64,000 nt of DNA, taken from an uncultured Pseudomonadota bacterium (GTDB lineage: Bacteria; Oederibacteriota; Muellerivitia; Muellerivitales; Muellerivitaceae). The stretch is from assembly GCA_963770835.1 (NCBI GenBank), contig CAVYRH010000005.1:128001-192000 (forward strand), in the 5' to 3' direction. The notes under the pieces are model-generated. The model worked only from the letters and a program-made list of their open reading frames with translations. It ran no database searches and was not told the DNA's origin. Positions within the stretch are counted from its first letter, which is position 1, and each line of letters opens with the position of its first letter. Positions 38,285-49,141 of the stretch are shown here, one piece after another. Both the position numbers and the translations under genes were made by a program.

Positions 38285-39385
38285 ATGCTGGGCCAAGCCA
38301 TCCTCACTGAAAAACTAAACTCCGCCTGTCGGAAAAGTTCCGTCACGAAGGCCGACCTGGCCGACTGTTGCCAAATCCTCTCGGAAAACTTCAAGTTCGA
38401 CTGCGTTTTTGTGGCTTTTGCCGCGAACGCCGAGGAGCTCCTGTCGCCCATGGGATTTTACGGGAGGGATGAAATCATGGAAACCTGCCTCTACCGCCTC
38501 GGGGTGGAGGAAAGAAACACCTTGGCCAAACTTCCCATGAAGGCCTACCAGGACATCACCGGCAAGCCGGTTTTCAACAAATCGGGTTCCTTGCGCATTC
38601 AAAAGCCCTTCAGCGGAATTTTCATGGTCCACAGCGTTCCCAAGAAGTGTTTCATCCTGCTGGGTTACGCCCACCAAAACTCGCAGGGTTATGACGTCAA
38701 ATTGATGGAAGAGTTGCAGGGCGTTTGGAAACAATGGCAGGAATCTTTGGAGAAAGCGGTGCTCCAAATTTCCTCCGGAAGGATGGAGGTTCCGTTTATC
38801 CCCGCCTCGCCTTCCGTAGAAAAGGCGGATTTAACATTCGAAAAACCCGCCGTGGCGCCATTCCCGACACCGTCCAAAGCGCCCGAAAACCAGGATGACG
38901 GCCGGCGTCCGATGATCCTTGTGGATGAAGTCACCCGCCTTTTCAACAAAGATTATTTTTCCGAGTGCCTGGCCATCGAGGTGGAACGGGCCAAGCGCTA
39001 TTCCCGCATGATGAGCCTGATGTTCCTCAGCGTTACGCCCAACAACGGCGTTTCCCCCGCCGCGAACGACAACCAGGTGGCGACCCAAGTGGCGGAAATA
39101 TTGGCCAAGAGCCTGCGGAGGGTGGACGTTATTTGCCGGCTGGAGAAGGATAAATACGCCATCGTGCTGCCCGACACGGCCAATAACACCTACGGCATTA
39201 TCGCCAAGAGGATTTTCAAGTTTTTCAAACTCATCATGGGGGAAGCCCCCCCGGTTTTCTTGAACATCAGCGCTTCCACTTTTCCAAAACACGCCGCCGA
39301 CCACCACGCGCTATTGGACAGCGCTGAAAAACTCCTGGTCCAGGCCAGGGAAGTTGGCCCGAATAAGGCGGTACTTCCAGAATAG
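38285..39385 (+). CDS. Degenerate GGDEF-domain protein (probable c-di-GMP receptor)
   Basis: DEVT.LFN..YF...L..EVERA.RY, LRRVDVICRLEKDKYAIVLP.T. GGDEF is replaced by EKDKY and the RxxD I-site is retained. Confidence 0.85.
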   Translation: MLGQAILTEKLNSACRKSSVTKADLADCCQILSENFKFDCVFVAFAANAEELLSPMGFYGRDEIMETCLYRLGVEERNTLAKLPMKAYQDITGKPVFNKSGSLRIQKPFSGIFMVHSVPKKCFILLGYAHQNSQGYDVKLMEELQGVWKQWQESLEKAVLQISSGRMEVPFIPASPSVEKADLTFEKPAVAPFPTPSKAPENQDDGRRPMILVDEVTRLFNKDYFSECLAIEVERAKRYSRMMSLMFLSVTPNNGVSPAANDNQVATQVAEILAKSLRRVDVICRLEKDKYAIVLPDTANNTYGIIAKRIFKFFKLIMGEAPPVFLNISASTFPKHAADHHALLDSAEKLLVQAREVGPNKAVLPE

Positions 39386-39483
39386 AAGTGTTGTGTTTTA
39401 CCTGTTTTTGCAATTCGAGACTCGGCACTAAAATCTCCAAGATCTTGGTTCGCTGCGCCAATTTTAATCGCAGAGGTTGCGAC

Positions 39484-40596
39484 ATGAATGAGCGTGAATC
39501 CTTACTAGCCCTCCATTTGACGGGCGTCATCGGCCCCCGCCGGTTGAAAGCCGCGCGGGAAGCTTTTCCGGAAATCTCGGATGTTTTCGGGGCTTCGGAA
39601 GACGTCCTAAGCCGCCTTCCCGATTGGACTTTTTCCTGCGTGCAAAAGATACTTTCCTTTAAAGACCCGTTCCAGAAGGTGGAAGCCCAATTGGAAAAGG
39701 CCGAGCGAGCCGGCATCACGGTCCTCGTGGAAGGGGACCTGGAATTTCCCAAGGTTTTTGAGAACCTCTTTGACCCGCCTTTCGTCCTTTGGAGAGTGGG
39801 GAGCTACCTTCCGGACGACGAGAAAGCCATTGCGGTCATCGGATGCCGCAAACCAAGCGCCTACGGCAAGCAGGCGGCATTGAGGCTTTCGGAGGATATC
39901 GTACGGGCCGGTTATACGGTGGTTTCGGGGCTGGCCCGGGGCATCGATTCGTTGGCCCACCTGGGGGCCCTCCGCTCCCCCCAGGGCCGCACCATCGCCT
40001 TTTTGGGAAGCGGCCTCTTGAACCTCTATCCACCGGAAAACAAAAAGCTGGCTCAGGAAATCGCCGAAAGAGGGGCGGTTTTCAGCGAATATCCCCTGGT
40101 CTCCAAACCGCTCGCCATGCATTTTCCCCAAAGAAACCGCCTTATTAGCGGGGCTGCGAAGGGACTGCTGGTCGTGGAAGCCAAAAAGGACAGTGGTTCC
40201 TTTATCACCGTGGATCACGCCATGGACCAGGGAAAACCGGTTTTTGCCGTTCCTGGGCCCATCACCCATAGCGAATCGGAAGGAACCCATGCCCTAATCC
40301 AACAGGGCGCAAAGCTGGTCATGGGAGTGGAGGACATTTTCCATGAGTTGCACGACATGAGGGCGGAAACGGTTTTCAAGTCGAGAAAGGGAAGGCTTTC
40401 CACCGCCGCTGTGTTGGAAACGTTGACCGAGGAAGAAAAGAAACTATTGGAAAAACTCACCTATTCACCCCTCCATGTGGACGTTCTTCTACGGGAAACC
40501 GGCATAGCCCTGCGGCGCGTTAACGAATTACTACTGATGTTGGAGATGAAAGGGCTGGTCCAACAGGCGCCGGGGCATTGCTATTTTAAAATCTGA
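39484..40596 (+). CDS. dprA: DNA-processing protein DprA
   Basis: DPP.VL, IAVIG.R..S.YG, VVSGLARGID..AH, FP.RNRLISG, VVEA...SGS.IT, VFAVPG, LI.QGAK, LE.KG. Confidence 0.96.
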   Translation: MNERESLLALHLTGVIGPRRLKAAREAFPEISDVFGASEDVLSRLPDWTFSCVQKILSFKDPFQKVEAQLEKAERAGITVLVEGDLEFPKVFENLFDPPFVLWRVGSYLPDDEKAIAVIGCRKPSAYGKQAALRLSEDIVRAGYTVVSGLARGIDSLAHLGALRSPQGRTIAFLGSGLLNLYPPENKKLAQEIAERGAVFSEYPLVSKPLAMHFPQRNRLISGAAKGLLVVEAKKDSGSFITVDHAMDQGKPVFAVPGPITHSESEGTHALIQQGAKLVMGVEDIFHELHDMRAETVFKSRKGRLSTAAVLETLTEEEKKLLEKLTYSPLHVDVLLRETGIALRRVNELLLMLEMKGLVQQAPGHCYFKI

Positions 40597-40736
40597 TTTC
40601 CAGCCGTCGCCTTCCCTTCGCTCAACGGTTTCCGCAAAAAAATTATTCCCTCTTTGGCAATGTGAAACGAAAGCATTTAAAAGGGTTTTGACGATTTTTA
40701 CCGTTTGCCCTTTGTGCCGTCCAAATTGGCCAAAAC

Positions 40737-40766
40737 TTGACAAACCCCCAATCTCCTGCCTATTCT
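40737..40766 (+). promoter_or_regulatory. Putative sigma70 promoter of topA
   Basis: TTGACA-18 nt-TATTCT. Confidence 0.5.
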
Positions 40767-40835
40767 TGCAAAACTAAACGGTCCGCTTTTATGGGCCTGG
40801 TTCCTTATTTAATGAATGTTTGAACGGAGCTAGAT

Positions 40836-43175
40836 GTGGCAAAAGCCAAAGCGAAAAAAGCTGAAAGTAAAAAACTCGTGATCGTGGAGTCGCCCTCCAA
40901 GGCAAAAACGATTAATAAATATCTCGGCTCCGATTACGTCGTACTGGCCTCCAAGGGCCACTTGATCGATCTACCCAAGAGCAAGTTGGGTGTTGACCTT
41001 GAGCATAACTTCGAACCCCAATACATTCCCATCCGCGGCAAAGCCTCCATCATTAAGGAACTCAAGAAAGCGGCTGGAAAAGCCTCGGCCGTTTACCTGG
41101 CGGCGGACCCGGACCGGGAAGGGGAGGCCATCGGCTGGCACATCCGGAATTTCTTGTCCACCCTACCGACGGTGCCCGTTATTTACCGTTTGCGCCTAAA
41201 CGAGATCACCAAGCCCGCCATCGAGGAAGCCATCAAGTCCCCTAGCGAGGTGGATTTGAACATGGTGAACGCCCAGCAAGCTCGGCGGGTCTTGGACCGC
41301 CTGGTGGGTTACGGCATCAGCCCCCTATTATGGAAAAATATCCGGCGCGGGCTTTCGGCTGGCCGCGTGCAGTCCGTGGCCTTGAGGCTTATTTACGAAC
41401 GGGAGAAGGAGATCGAGGGTTTCAAACCCGTGGAATATTGGACCCTGGAAGCCGATTTCATTATCGAGGACGGACGGGTTATCCGGACCAAGCTGGCCAA
41501 AATCGACGGTGAAAAGCCGGAATTGAAAACCCAAGCCGATACTTTGGCCTTAATCGAACGCATTAAGGCAGCGGATTTCAAGGTTTCGGCGGTTCTGCAT
41601 CGGGAGAAGTCCAAAAAGCCTCCCATGCCCTTTACCACCTCCAAGCTCCAGCAAGAGGCTTATAAGCAACTGCGGTTCGGGGCCCGGAAGACCATGTCCA
41701 TCGCCCAGGGTTTGTATGAAGGTATCGAAATGGGTGAATCGGGCCCTGTAGGCTTGATTACCTATATGCGTACGGATTCCAAGCGCGTTTCCCCCGATGC
41801 AAAGGTGGAAGCCGCCAAGTTCATCCAACAGACCTATGGGGACAAGTACTTGGGCCCCGGTGACCGGGATACTTCCAGCAAGGGGAAAATCCAAGACGCC
41901 CATGAGGCGATCCGGCCCACTTCGGCTTTCCGCACCCCCGACCAGGTAAAAACCTTCCTGACTCCCGAGCAATTCAGGCTTTATAAGCTGATTTGGGAGG
42001 ATTTCATGGCTAGCCAGATGAGCAACGCCATCTACCGGGAAACCAGCGTTGAAATCGCGGGCAATAATGTGGTTTTTAGGGCCAGTGGTACCGAAACCCT
42101 TTTCGACGGTTATACCAAGGTTTATGAGGAAGCCGCTGACGAGGATAAAAAGGAAGGCCAGGGCGAGGGCGAAGAGGGGGAGGGTATCAACCCCAACAAG
42201 CTTTCAGGAATCGCCGAGGGGCAAAAAGCCACATGGAAAGAGCCCTTCCCGGAGCAACATTTTACCCAGCCGCCCCCTCGGTTTACGGACGCCTCCATGG
42301 TGAAGACCCTGGAAGAAATGGGGATTGGGCGTCCTTCCACCTACGCACCGACCCTGGAAACCATCCAGGCGCGGCATTACGTGAAAAAAGAAAACGGCCG
42401 GTTCTTCCTGGCCGAACTAGGAAACCTGGTGCTGGAAATCCTGATGAAGAATTTCCCCGTTATTTTGGATTATGCTTTCACGGCGAAGATGGAAGGGGAA
42501 CTCGACCAGGTGGAATCCGGTGAAATTGAATGGCGCAAGGTTATCGGCGATTTTTACACGCCATTCAAGGACACCCTGGCCGAGGCCGAAAAACTCATAG
42601 GCGAGGAGAAATCGAAGATTGAAGTGGTGACCGACATCCCCTGCGAGAAATGCGGGCAGATGATGATCGTGAAATGGGGTCGCCACGGCAAGTTCCTGGC
42701 TTGTTCCAAGTATCCCGAGTGCCAGAACACCAAGAGCCTCAAGGAAACCACCGATGGTTCCATCCAAGTGGACAAGGATACCATCACGGACGAGAAATGC
42801 CCGAAGTGCGGGGCCGATATGGTGGTCAAGATGGGGCGGTTCGGGAAGTTCCTTGCCTGCTCCAAGTATCCCGAATGTAAAACGGCGAAGCCTATTTCGC
42901 TGGGCATCAAGTGCCCCCTGGGCTGCGGTGGGGAAGTGGTCTCCCGCGGGTCGCGCCGGGGAGTTTTTTACGGTTGCAACAAATACCCGGACTGCAAATT
43001 CATTTCCTGGTACAAGCCAGTCAACCGGCCCTGCCCCCAATGTGCCAGTCCTTACTTGGTGGACAAGTACCTCAAGACCCTTGGGCCCCACATCGCCTGT
43101 CCGAATAAGGAATGCGATTACAAAGAATTCCCGAAGTCCGAAGCACCCGCGGTTGAGGCCGCTCCAGCCACGTAA
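40836..43175 (+). CDS. topA: DNA topoisomerase I with C-terminal zinc ribbons
   Basis: LVIVESP.KAKTI, DPDREGEAI, SAGRVQS, LITYMRTDS, AHEAIRPT, GIGRPSTY; repeated C..C...M....G..G.F..C..YP.C. Confidence 0.98.
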   Translation: MAKAKAKKAESKKLVIVESPSKAKTINKYLGSDYVVLASKGHLIDLPKSKLGVDLEHNFEPQYIPIRGKASIIKELKKAAGKASAVYLAADPDREGEAIGWHIRNFLSTLPTVPVIYRLRLNEITKPAIEEAIKSPSEVDLNMVNAQQARRVLDRLVGYGISPLLWKNIRRGLSAGRVQSVALRLIYEREKEIEGFKPVEYWTLEADFIIEDGRVIRTKLAKIDGEKPELKTQADTLALIERIKAADFKVSAVLHREKSKKPPMPFTTSKLQQEAYKQLRFGARKTMSIAQGLYEGIEMGESGPVGLITYMRTDSKRVSPDAKVEAAKFIQQTYGDKYLGPGDRDTSSKGKIQDAHEAIRPTSAFRTPDQVKTFLTPEQFRLYKLIWEDFMASQMSNAIYRETSVEIAGNNVVFRASGTETLFDGYTKVYEEAADEDKKEGQGEGEEGEGINPNKLSGIAEGQKATWKEPFPEQHFTQPPPRFTDASMVKTLEEMGIGRPSTYAPTLETIQARHYVKKENGRFFLAELGNLVLEILMKNFPVILDYAFTAKMEGELDQVESGEIEWRKVIGDFYTPFKDTLAEAEKLIGEEKSKIEVVTDIPCEKCGQMMIVKWGRHGKFLACSKYPECQNTKSLKETTDGSIQVDKDTITDEKCPKCGADMVVKMGRFGKFLACSKYPECKTAKPISLGIKCPLGCGGEVVSRGSRRGVFYGCNKYPDCKFISWYKPVNRPCPQCASPYLVDKYLKTLGPHIACPNKECDYKEFPKSEAPAVEAAPAT

Positions 43176-43295
43176 ATCATTGATGGTTTGCGCTTTTCTT
43201 TGGTTTTTATAAACTGGAATTGCTTCCTCATTTTCGCCCGCCTATTCGGCAGGCATTTCTCGCAATGACAACAATTAAATATTTGGGAGAAACTT

Positions 43296-44159
43296 TTGAA
43301 GGAATCCATCCAAAAAGCCAAAATCCTCGTTGAGGCTTTTCCCTATATCAAACAATGGGCTGGGCGCACTGTTGTCGTCAAATACGGTGGAAGCACCCGG
43401 GGTGGCATTGAAGAACTGGAAAACACCTTGCAGGACATCGTCCTAATGAAATTCGTCGGCATGAGACCGGTGGTGGTCCACGGCGGTGGCAAGGACATCA
43501 CCCGGGCTATGGAAAAGTTGGGAATCCACTCTCAATTCGTGGACGGGCTCCGGGTGACGGATCTTTCGGCCATGAAAGTGGTCGAAAAAGTACTTGGCGG
43601 CACAATCAACAAAGAACTGGTGGCTTTGATCCAAAAGTTAGGAGGGCAGGCAGTGGGGCTTTCCGGCAAGGATGCCGCCATGTTGCAGGCTTCCCGGGTT
43701 AAATCCAAATCGGGTAAGGACATTGGCTACGTCGGCAGGGTTTCCAAGGTAAATACGGCTGTCCTACAAAGCATGGACCGGGAAAAGTTCATCCCCGTGA
43801 TTGCTCCCATGGGTTTGGGGAAGGATGGACACACTTACAATGTTAACGCCGATGAGGCAGCTGGCGCCATTGCCGGCGGCCTCAAGGCGGAAAAGCTCGT
43901 TTTTTTGACCGATGTACCCGGGATTTGTAAAAAGAAGGAGGATCCCCAAACCCTCCTATCAACAATCAAAGTGCGGGAAGTGCCAAAACTCTTGAAGAAC
44001 GGCGTCATCTCTGGCGGCATGATTCCTAAGATTGAGGCCTGTCTTCACGCTTTGAAGTCCGGAGTTCATAAAACCCACATTATTGACGGCACCCTGCCGC
44101 ATGCTCTGCTCTTGGAAATCTTTACCCCCCAAGGCGTTGGAACTGAAATCATCCCTTAA
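43296..44159 (+). CDS. argB: Acetylglutamate kinase
   Basis: VVKYGG, VVHGGG, GLRVTD, GLSGKD, NVNAD, LTDV.G, GGMIPK, HALLLEIFT..G.GT. Confidence 0.96.
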   Translation: MKESIQKAKILVEAFPYIKQWAGRTVVVKYGGSTRGGIEELENTLQDIVLMKFVGMRPVVVHGGGKDITRAMEKLGIHSQFVDGLRVTDLSAMKVVEKVLGGTINKELVALIQKLGGQAVGLSGKDAAMLQASRVKSKSGKDIGYVGRVSKVNTAVLQSMDREKFIPVIAPMGLGKDGHTYNVNADEAAGAIAGGLKAEKLVFLTDVPGICKKKEDPQTLLSTIKVREVPKLLKNGVISGGMIPKIEACLHALKSGVHKTHIIDGTLPHALLLEIFTPQGVGTEIIP

Positions 44160-44245
44160 ATTGCAGGCCAATGAAGTTTCTCACTGTTTTTCCTTTTTAA
44201 GTTACCTAGCCCTTGCGGGTTCTTTTCATTAGACCCTCCTACCTA

Positions 44246-44254
44246 TGGTATAAT
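44246..44254 (+). promoter_or_regulatory. Extended -10 element upstream of nrdR
   Basis: TGgTATAAT, then GAGGAG RBS. Confidence 0.5.
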
Positions 44255-44296
44255 TCGCCCACTTGAAGATACCCACTACCGGTTGAGGAGCCGCTG

Positions 44297-44758
44297 ATGA
44301 AGTGCCCCTTTTGTGGACATCAGGAAGACAAGGTCATGGATTCCCGACCCAGCAAGGGTGGATCGGCGATCCGCCGCCGCCGTGAATGCCTAAAGTGCGA
44401 GAAGCGGTTTACCACCTACGAGCAGATAGAAGAAATCCTGCCAATGGTAGTAAAGCGGGACGGGCGCCGCGAGCCTTTTGACCGCCTGAAAATTGTGGCG
44501 GGTGTCCGCAAGGCCGTGGAAAAGCGGCCCGTTTCCTCGGAAAAGATCGAAGCGCTTGTAGATGACATCGAGAACGCCTTGATGGAGCGCGCGGCCAAGG
44601 AGATCAATTCCACGGAAATTGGGGAAATGGTCATGAACCGCCTAAAGGAACTGGACGACGTGGCCTATGTGCGCTTCGCCAGCGTCTACCGCCAGTTCAA
44701 GGACATCAACGCCTTCATGGATGAAGTGAAGAAGCTCCTGAACCGTAAAAACACCTGA
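44297..44758 (+). CDS. nrdR: Transcriptional repressor NrdR
   Basis: [28 protein letters not shown] cone, [12 protein letters not shown]. Confidence 0.97.
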   Translation: MKCPFCGHQEDKVMDSRPSKGGSAIRRRRECLKCEKRFTTYEQIEEILPMVVKRDGRREPFDRLKIVAGVRKAVEKRPVSSEKIEALVDDIENALMERAAKEINSTEIGEMVMNRLKELDDVAYVRFASVYRQFKDINAFMDEVKKLLNRKNT

Positions 44759-44832
44759 TAGTTCGTAAACCGCAGTTGGCAGCAACGTCGAACTTTTTTA
44801 AAACCCATGAAAAAAATAGAGAGGCATAAACA

Positions 44833-46143
44833 ATGGCGAATATTATTCCTTTTCGCGGAATCCGCTATGGCGTGACCGGTTCCAGCCGCTTGGCCAAGGT
44901 GATGGCTCCCCCTTACGACGTCATTTCCACCCAGCAAAAACAACAATTGAAAGCCGCGGATCCCACCAACGTGATCCGCCTTATTATCGGCAATCCCAGC
45001 CATGAAACCCACGGGCCCGCGGATTATCAATACGCGAAAAAAGCCTTCGCCGACTGGCGGAAAAAGAACGTGCTGAAGCGGGATGCCGAGCCTTCCATTT
45101 ATGTATACCAGCAGACCTTCTCGTTTCATGGAAAAACCTTCCACCGAACCGGGTTCATCGCTCTTTCCCAACTGACCCCCTTCGGGAATAAAAAAGGAGG
45201 CATCCTAGCCCACGAACATACCTTGAGCGGGCCCAAGGCCGACCGCTTGAAACTGATGAAAGCCTGCCATGCCAATTTCAGCTGTATCTTTTCCCTTTAT
45301 CCCGACAAGGGTGGGGTGGGGAAGGTGTTGAAGCAAATCACGGTTAAGAAGCCGGATGTCAGCGTGGATTTTCCTAAGGATATTCAGAACCGTGTTTGGG
45401 AGGCTTCGGAACCGAAAGTTGTTAAGGAAATTCAACGTAGAATCAAAGCCGCCACTCTTTTCATCGCCGACGGTCATCATCGTTATGAGACGGCCTTAGC
45501 CTACCAGGCTTTTCGTTCGAAGGGCTCCAAAGGCAAGACGGGATCACGTCCCTTTGATTATGTCCAGATGATGTTCGTGGCTATGGAAGACCCGGGGTTG
45601 GTCATCTTGCCCACCCACCGGATGCTGCCCAAACGGCATATTTCCTCACCCGCCCTTTTGTTGAGCCGTCTTTCTTCCTTGGGGGAGATTCACGAATACA
45701 AGAAACCCTTGAATGGTTTGGCGCCCTGGCAGTGGATGGAAAAACTAGGAAAGAAACAACTGACCATTGGCCTGTCGTTCGACGGGAAGAAACTTTTCGC
45801 GCTTCAGTTTTCCAAGTTGGTCGTAAGATCCCCGCTCTTAAAGGATGTTTCGGACGCCCAAAAGAAATTAGATGTCACTTTGTTACATCGTCTGATTCTG
45901 GAGCCCTTTTTTGGAATTACCAAAGAAAAGGTGGAGCATGAAATTTCCTTCACCAGCAAGGCGGAGGAGGCGGTGGAACGGCTTCGTAAAAAGGAATTTG
46001 CCGCGACTTTCTTTTTAAACCCGACTCGGATAGATCAATTGAGGGAAGTGGCTTTAAAACAGGAACGGATGCCCCAAAAGTCCACTTACTTCTATCCCAA
46101 GCTTGTCACCGGGCTTGTCTTCAATGATTTGGATTCTTTCTGA
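44833..46143 (+). CDS. DUF1015 family protein
   Basis: PFRG.RY, PPYDVI, HE.T, DRL.L, IADGHHRYETA, ILPTHR, MPQKSTYFYPK..TGL. Confidence 0.9.
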   Translation: MANIIPFRGIRYGVTGSSRLAKVMAPPYDVISTQQKQQLKAADPTNVIRLIIGNPSHETHGPADYQYAKKAFADWRKKNVLKRDAEPSIYVYQQTFSFHGKTFHRTGFIALSQLTPFGNKKGGILAHEHTLSGPKADRLKLMKACHANFSCIFSLYPDKGGVGKVLKQITVKKPDVSVDFPKDIQNRVWEASEPKVVKEIQRRIKAATLFIADGHHRYETALAYQAFRSKGSKGKTGSRPFDYVQMMFVAMEDPGLVILPTHRMLPKRHISSPALLLSRLSSLGEIHEYKKPLNGLAPWQWMEKLGKKQLTIGLSFDGKKLFALQFSKLVVRSPLLKDVSDAQKKLDVTLLHRLILEPFFGITKEKVEHEISFTSKAEEAVERLRKKEFAATFFLNPTRIDQLREVALKQERMPQKSTYFYPKLVTGLVFNDLDSF

Positions 46144-46188
46144 CCCTATCGAATCTCCACCCTTCCGCTTGAATTAACAGGGAAATGC

Positions 46189-46218
46189 TTGCTTGCGGAA
46201 GCGGCCCAAATGTAGAAT
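46189..46218 (+). promoter_or_regulatory. Putative promoter of eno
   Basis: TTGCTT-18 nt-TAGAAT; GAGGAGG RBS. Confidence 0.45.
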
Positions 46219-46254
46219 CTTCGCTCGTTTCAGCCCATTCTTACACTAATTTGA

Positions 46255-47556
<1,302 letters not shown>

Positions 47557-47685
47557 CCAAGGATTAGGGCGGTTTTTGGCCGCGGGTTAACCGGATCAAT
47601 ACGGATAAGGCTTAAAAAATCCGTTGGGTCTATGTTAATCTGTGGCCAATTCTTTTGCCTTTTTTAATCCCCGAGGAGAGGTTCT

Positions 47686-48606
47686 GTGGCCACCGCTGTT
47701 TTCAATCCACCCCGAATCTATGAAAGCGTCACGGAGTTGGTGGGAAGGACGCCCCTCCTTCTGATCGATAACCACGACGTGCCGGGTGTGGAAATTTGGG
47801 CCAAGTTGGAAGCCTACAATCCGGGCCGTTCGGTCAAGGACCGGCCCGCCCTTCGAATGATCCAGGAAGGTATCCGCACCGGGAAGCTGACTAAGGACAA
47901 AACCATTCTCGACGCCACCTCGGGCAACACCGGCATCGCTTATGCCTGGATCGGGGCGGCCTTGGGATTCAAGGTTGCCTTAGCGATTCCCGCCAATGTC
48001 AGCGAGGAGCGAAAACGCATCCTTAAATCATTCAACGCTGAAGTGCATTTTTCCAGTGAGATGGATGGTTCCGACGGCGCCATACTTCTCGCCCGCGAAC
48101 TCTACAAAAAAAATCCCGAGAAATATTTCGTCCCCGACCAGTACAACAATCCCGAAAATCCAAAAGCCCATATATTGAGTACGGCCGAAGAGATCATGGA
48201 ACACCTGAAAGACAAAATTACGCATTTCGCGGCAACTATCGGGACCAGCGGCACCTTGATGGGAACCGGCAAGCGGATTAAAGAAATCAAATCCTCAGTG
48301 AAGATTGTCGCCCTGGAACCTTCCCAACCGTTTCATGGACTCGAGGGGTTGAAACACATGGCGTCCTCGATTGTGCCGGGAATCTACGACCCCAAAGCCT
48401 ACGATCAAAATATCCCGATCGATACCGATGAGGCTTACGAGTGGGTGAAAAAACTGGCTCGCAGGGAAGGCGTCTTGGTGGGCCTTTCTTCAGGAGGCGC
48501 CATGGCGGGCTGCGTTCAATTGGCCAAGCAGATCAAACAAGGATGTATCGTGACCGTCTTTCCCGATTCAGGGGATAAGTACCTTTCCACAAGGGTTTGG
48601 GAGTAG
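47686..48606 (+). CDS. cysM: PLP-dependent cysteine synthase family protein (CysM-like)
   Basis: G.TPL, KLE..NP..SVKDR, ATSGNTG, QY.NP.N, GTSGT..G, G.SSG, PDSG.KYLS. Confidence 0.88.
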   Translation: MATAVFNPPRIYESVTELVGRTPLLLIDNHDVPGVEIWAKLEAYNPGRSVKDRPALRMIQEGIRTGKLTKDKTILDATSGNTGIAYAWIGAALGFKVALAIPANVSEERKRILKSFNAEVHFSSEMDGSDGAILLARELYKKNPEKYFVPDQYNNPENPKAHILSTAEEIMEHLKDKITHFAATIGTSGTLMGTGKRIKEIKSSVKIVALEPSQPFHGLEGLKHMASSIVPGIYDPKAYDQNIPIDTDEAYEWVKKLARREGVLVGLSSGGAMAGCVQLAKQIKQGCIVTVFPDSGDKYLSTRVWE

Positions 48607-48610
48607 TCGC

Positions 48611-49018
48611 ATGGTTACTTTTAAACCGGAAGCCCGAACTCAAATGATTTCGATCGGCGAAAAGGGTTACCCCCATGAAATTTGTGGCCTCATGCTGGGC
48701 AAAGCCGATGAGACTCGGATTGTCAGTGAGGTTTTTGAGTGTGGAAATCTGAACAAACTCAAACCGGAAATCCGCTACGATTTGGACCCTAAAGATTATA
48801 TTAAGGGGGAAGCCTTGGCCCGCCAGAAGGGACTGGACGTCGTCGGTATCTTTCATTCCCATCCCGACCATCCTGACAAGGCTTCTGAGACCGACCGACA
48901 GGCGGCCTGGCCTGGTTTTTCCTACGTCATTATGTCCATCCAAAAGGGGAAGTTTGCTTCGATGAAGTCCTGGGTTTTGAACAACCAGTCACAATTCGAT
49001 GAAGAACCTATCGGTTGA
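48611..49018 (+). CDS. JAB/MPN+ (M67, Mec-like) metallopeptidase
   Basis: YP.E.CG...G and GIFHSHPDHP...S.TD JAMM motif. Confidence 0.9.
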   Translation: MVTFKPEARTQMISIGEKGYPHEICGLMLGKADETRIVSEVFECGNLNKLKPEIRYDLDPKDYIKGEALARQKGLDVVGIFHSHPDHPDKASETDRQAAWPGFSYVIMSIQKGKFASMKSWVLNNQSQFDEEPIG

Positions 49019-49024
49019 TAGGTC

Positions 49025-49141
49025 ATGATTTGGCTCGGCATGACCGTTGTGGCCATTTTTTTCAACGCCTTTTGGAGCGTCCTCTTCAAAAAATCCCTTG
49101 AACATCTTTCTGCCCACCCTCTTTTAGCGGCTTTCGCTTAA
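49025..49141 (+). pseudogene. 38-codon remnant resembling an EamA/DMT N-terminus
   Basis: MIWLGMTVVAIFFNAFWSVLFKKSLEHLSAHPLLAAFA*. FNAFW matches FNALW of the next gene; TAATG overlap. Confidence 0.5.

Noticed and set aside
48611..49018. JAB protein as part of a CBASS or ubiquitin-like defence system
   Set aside because: No CD-NTase, E1/E2 or effector gene is nearby; the cysteine synthase context points to sulfur metabolism.
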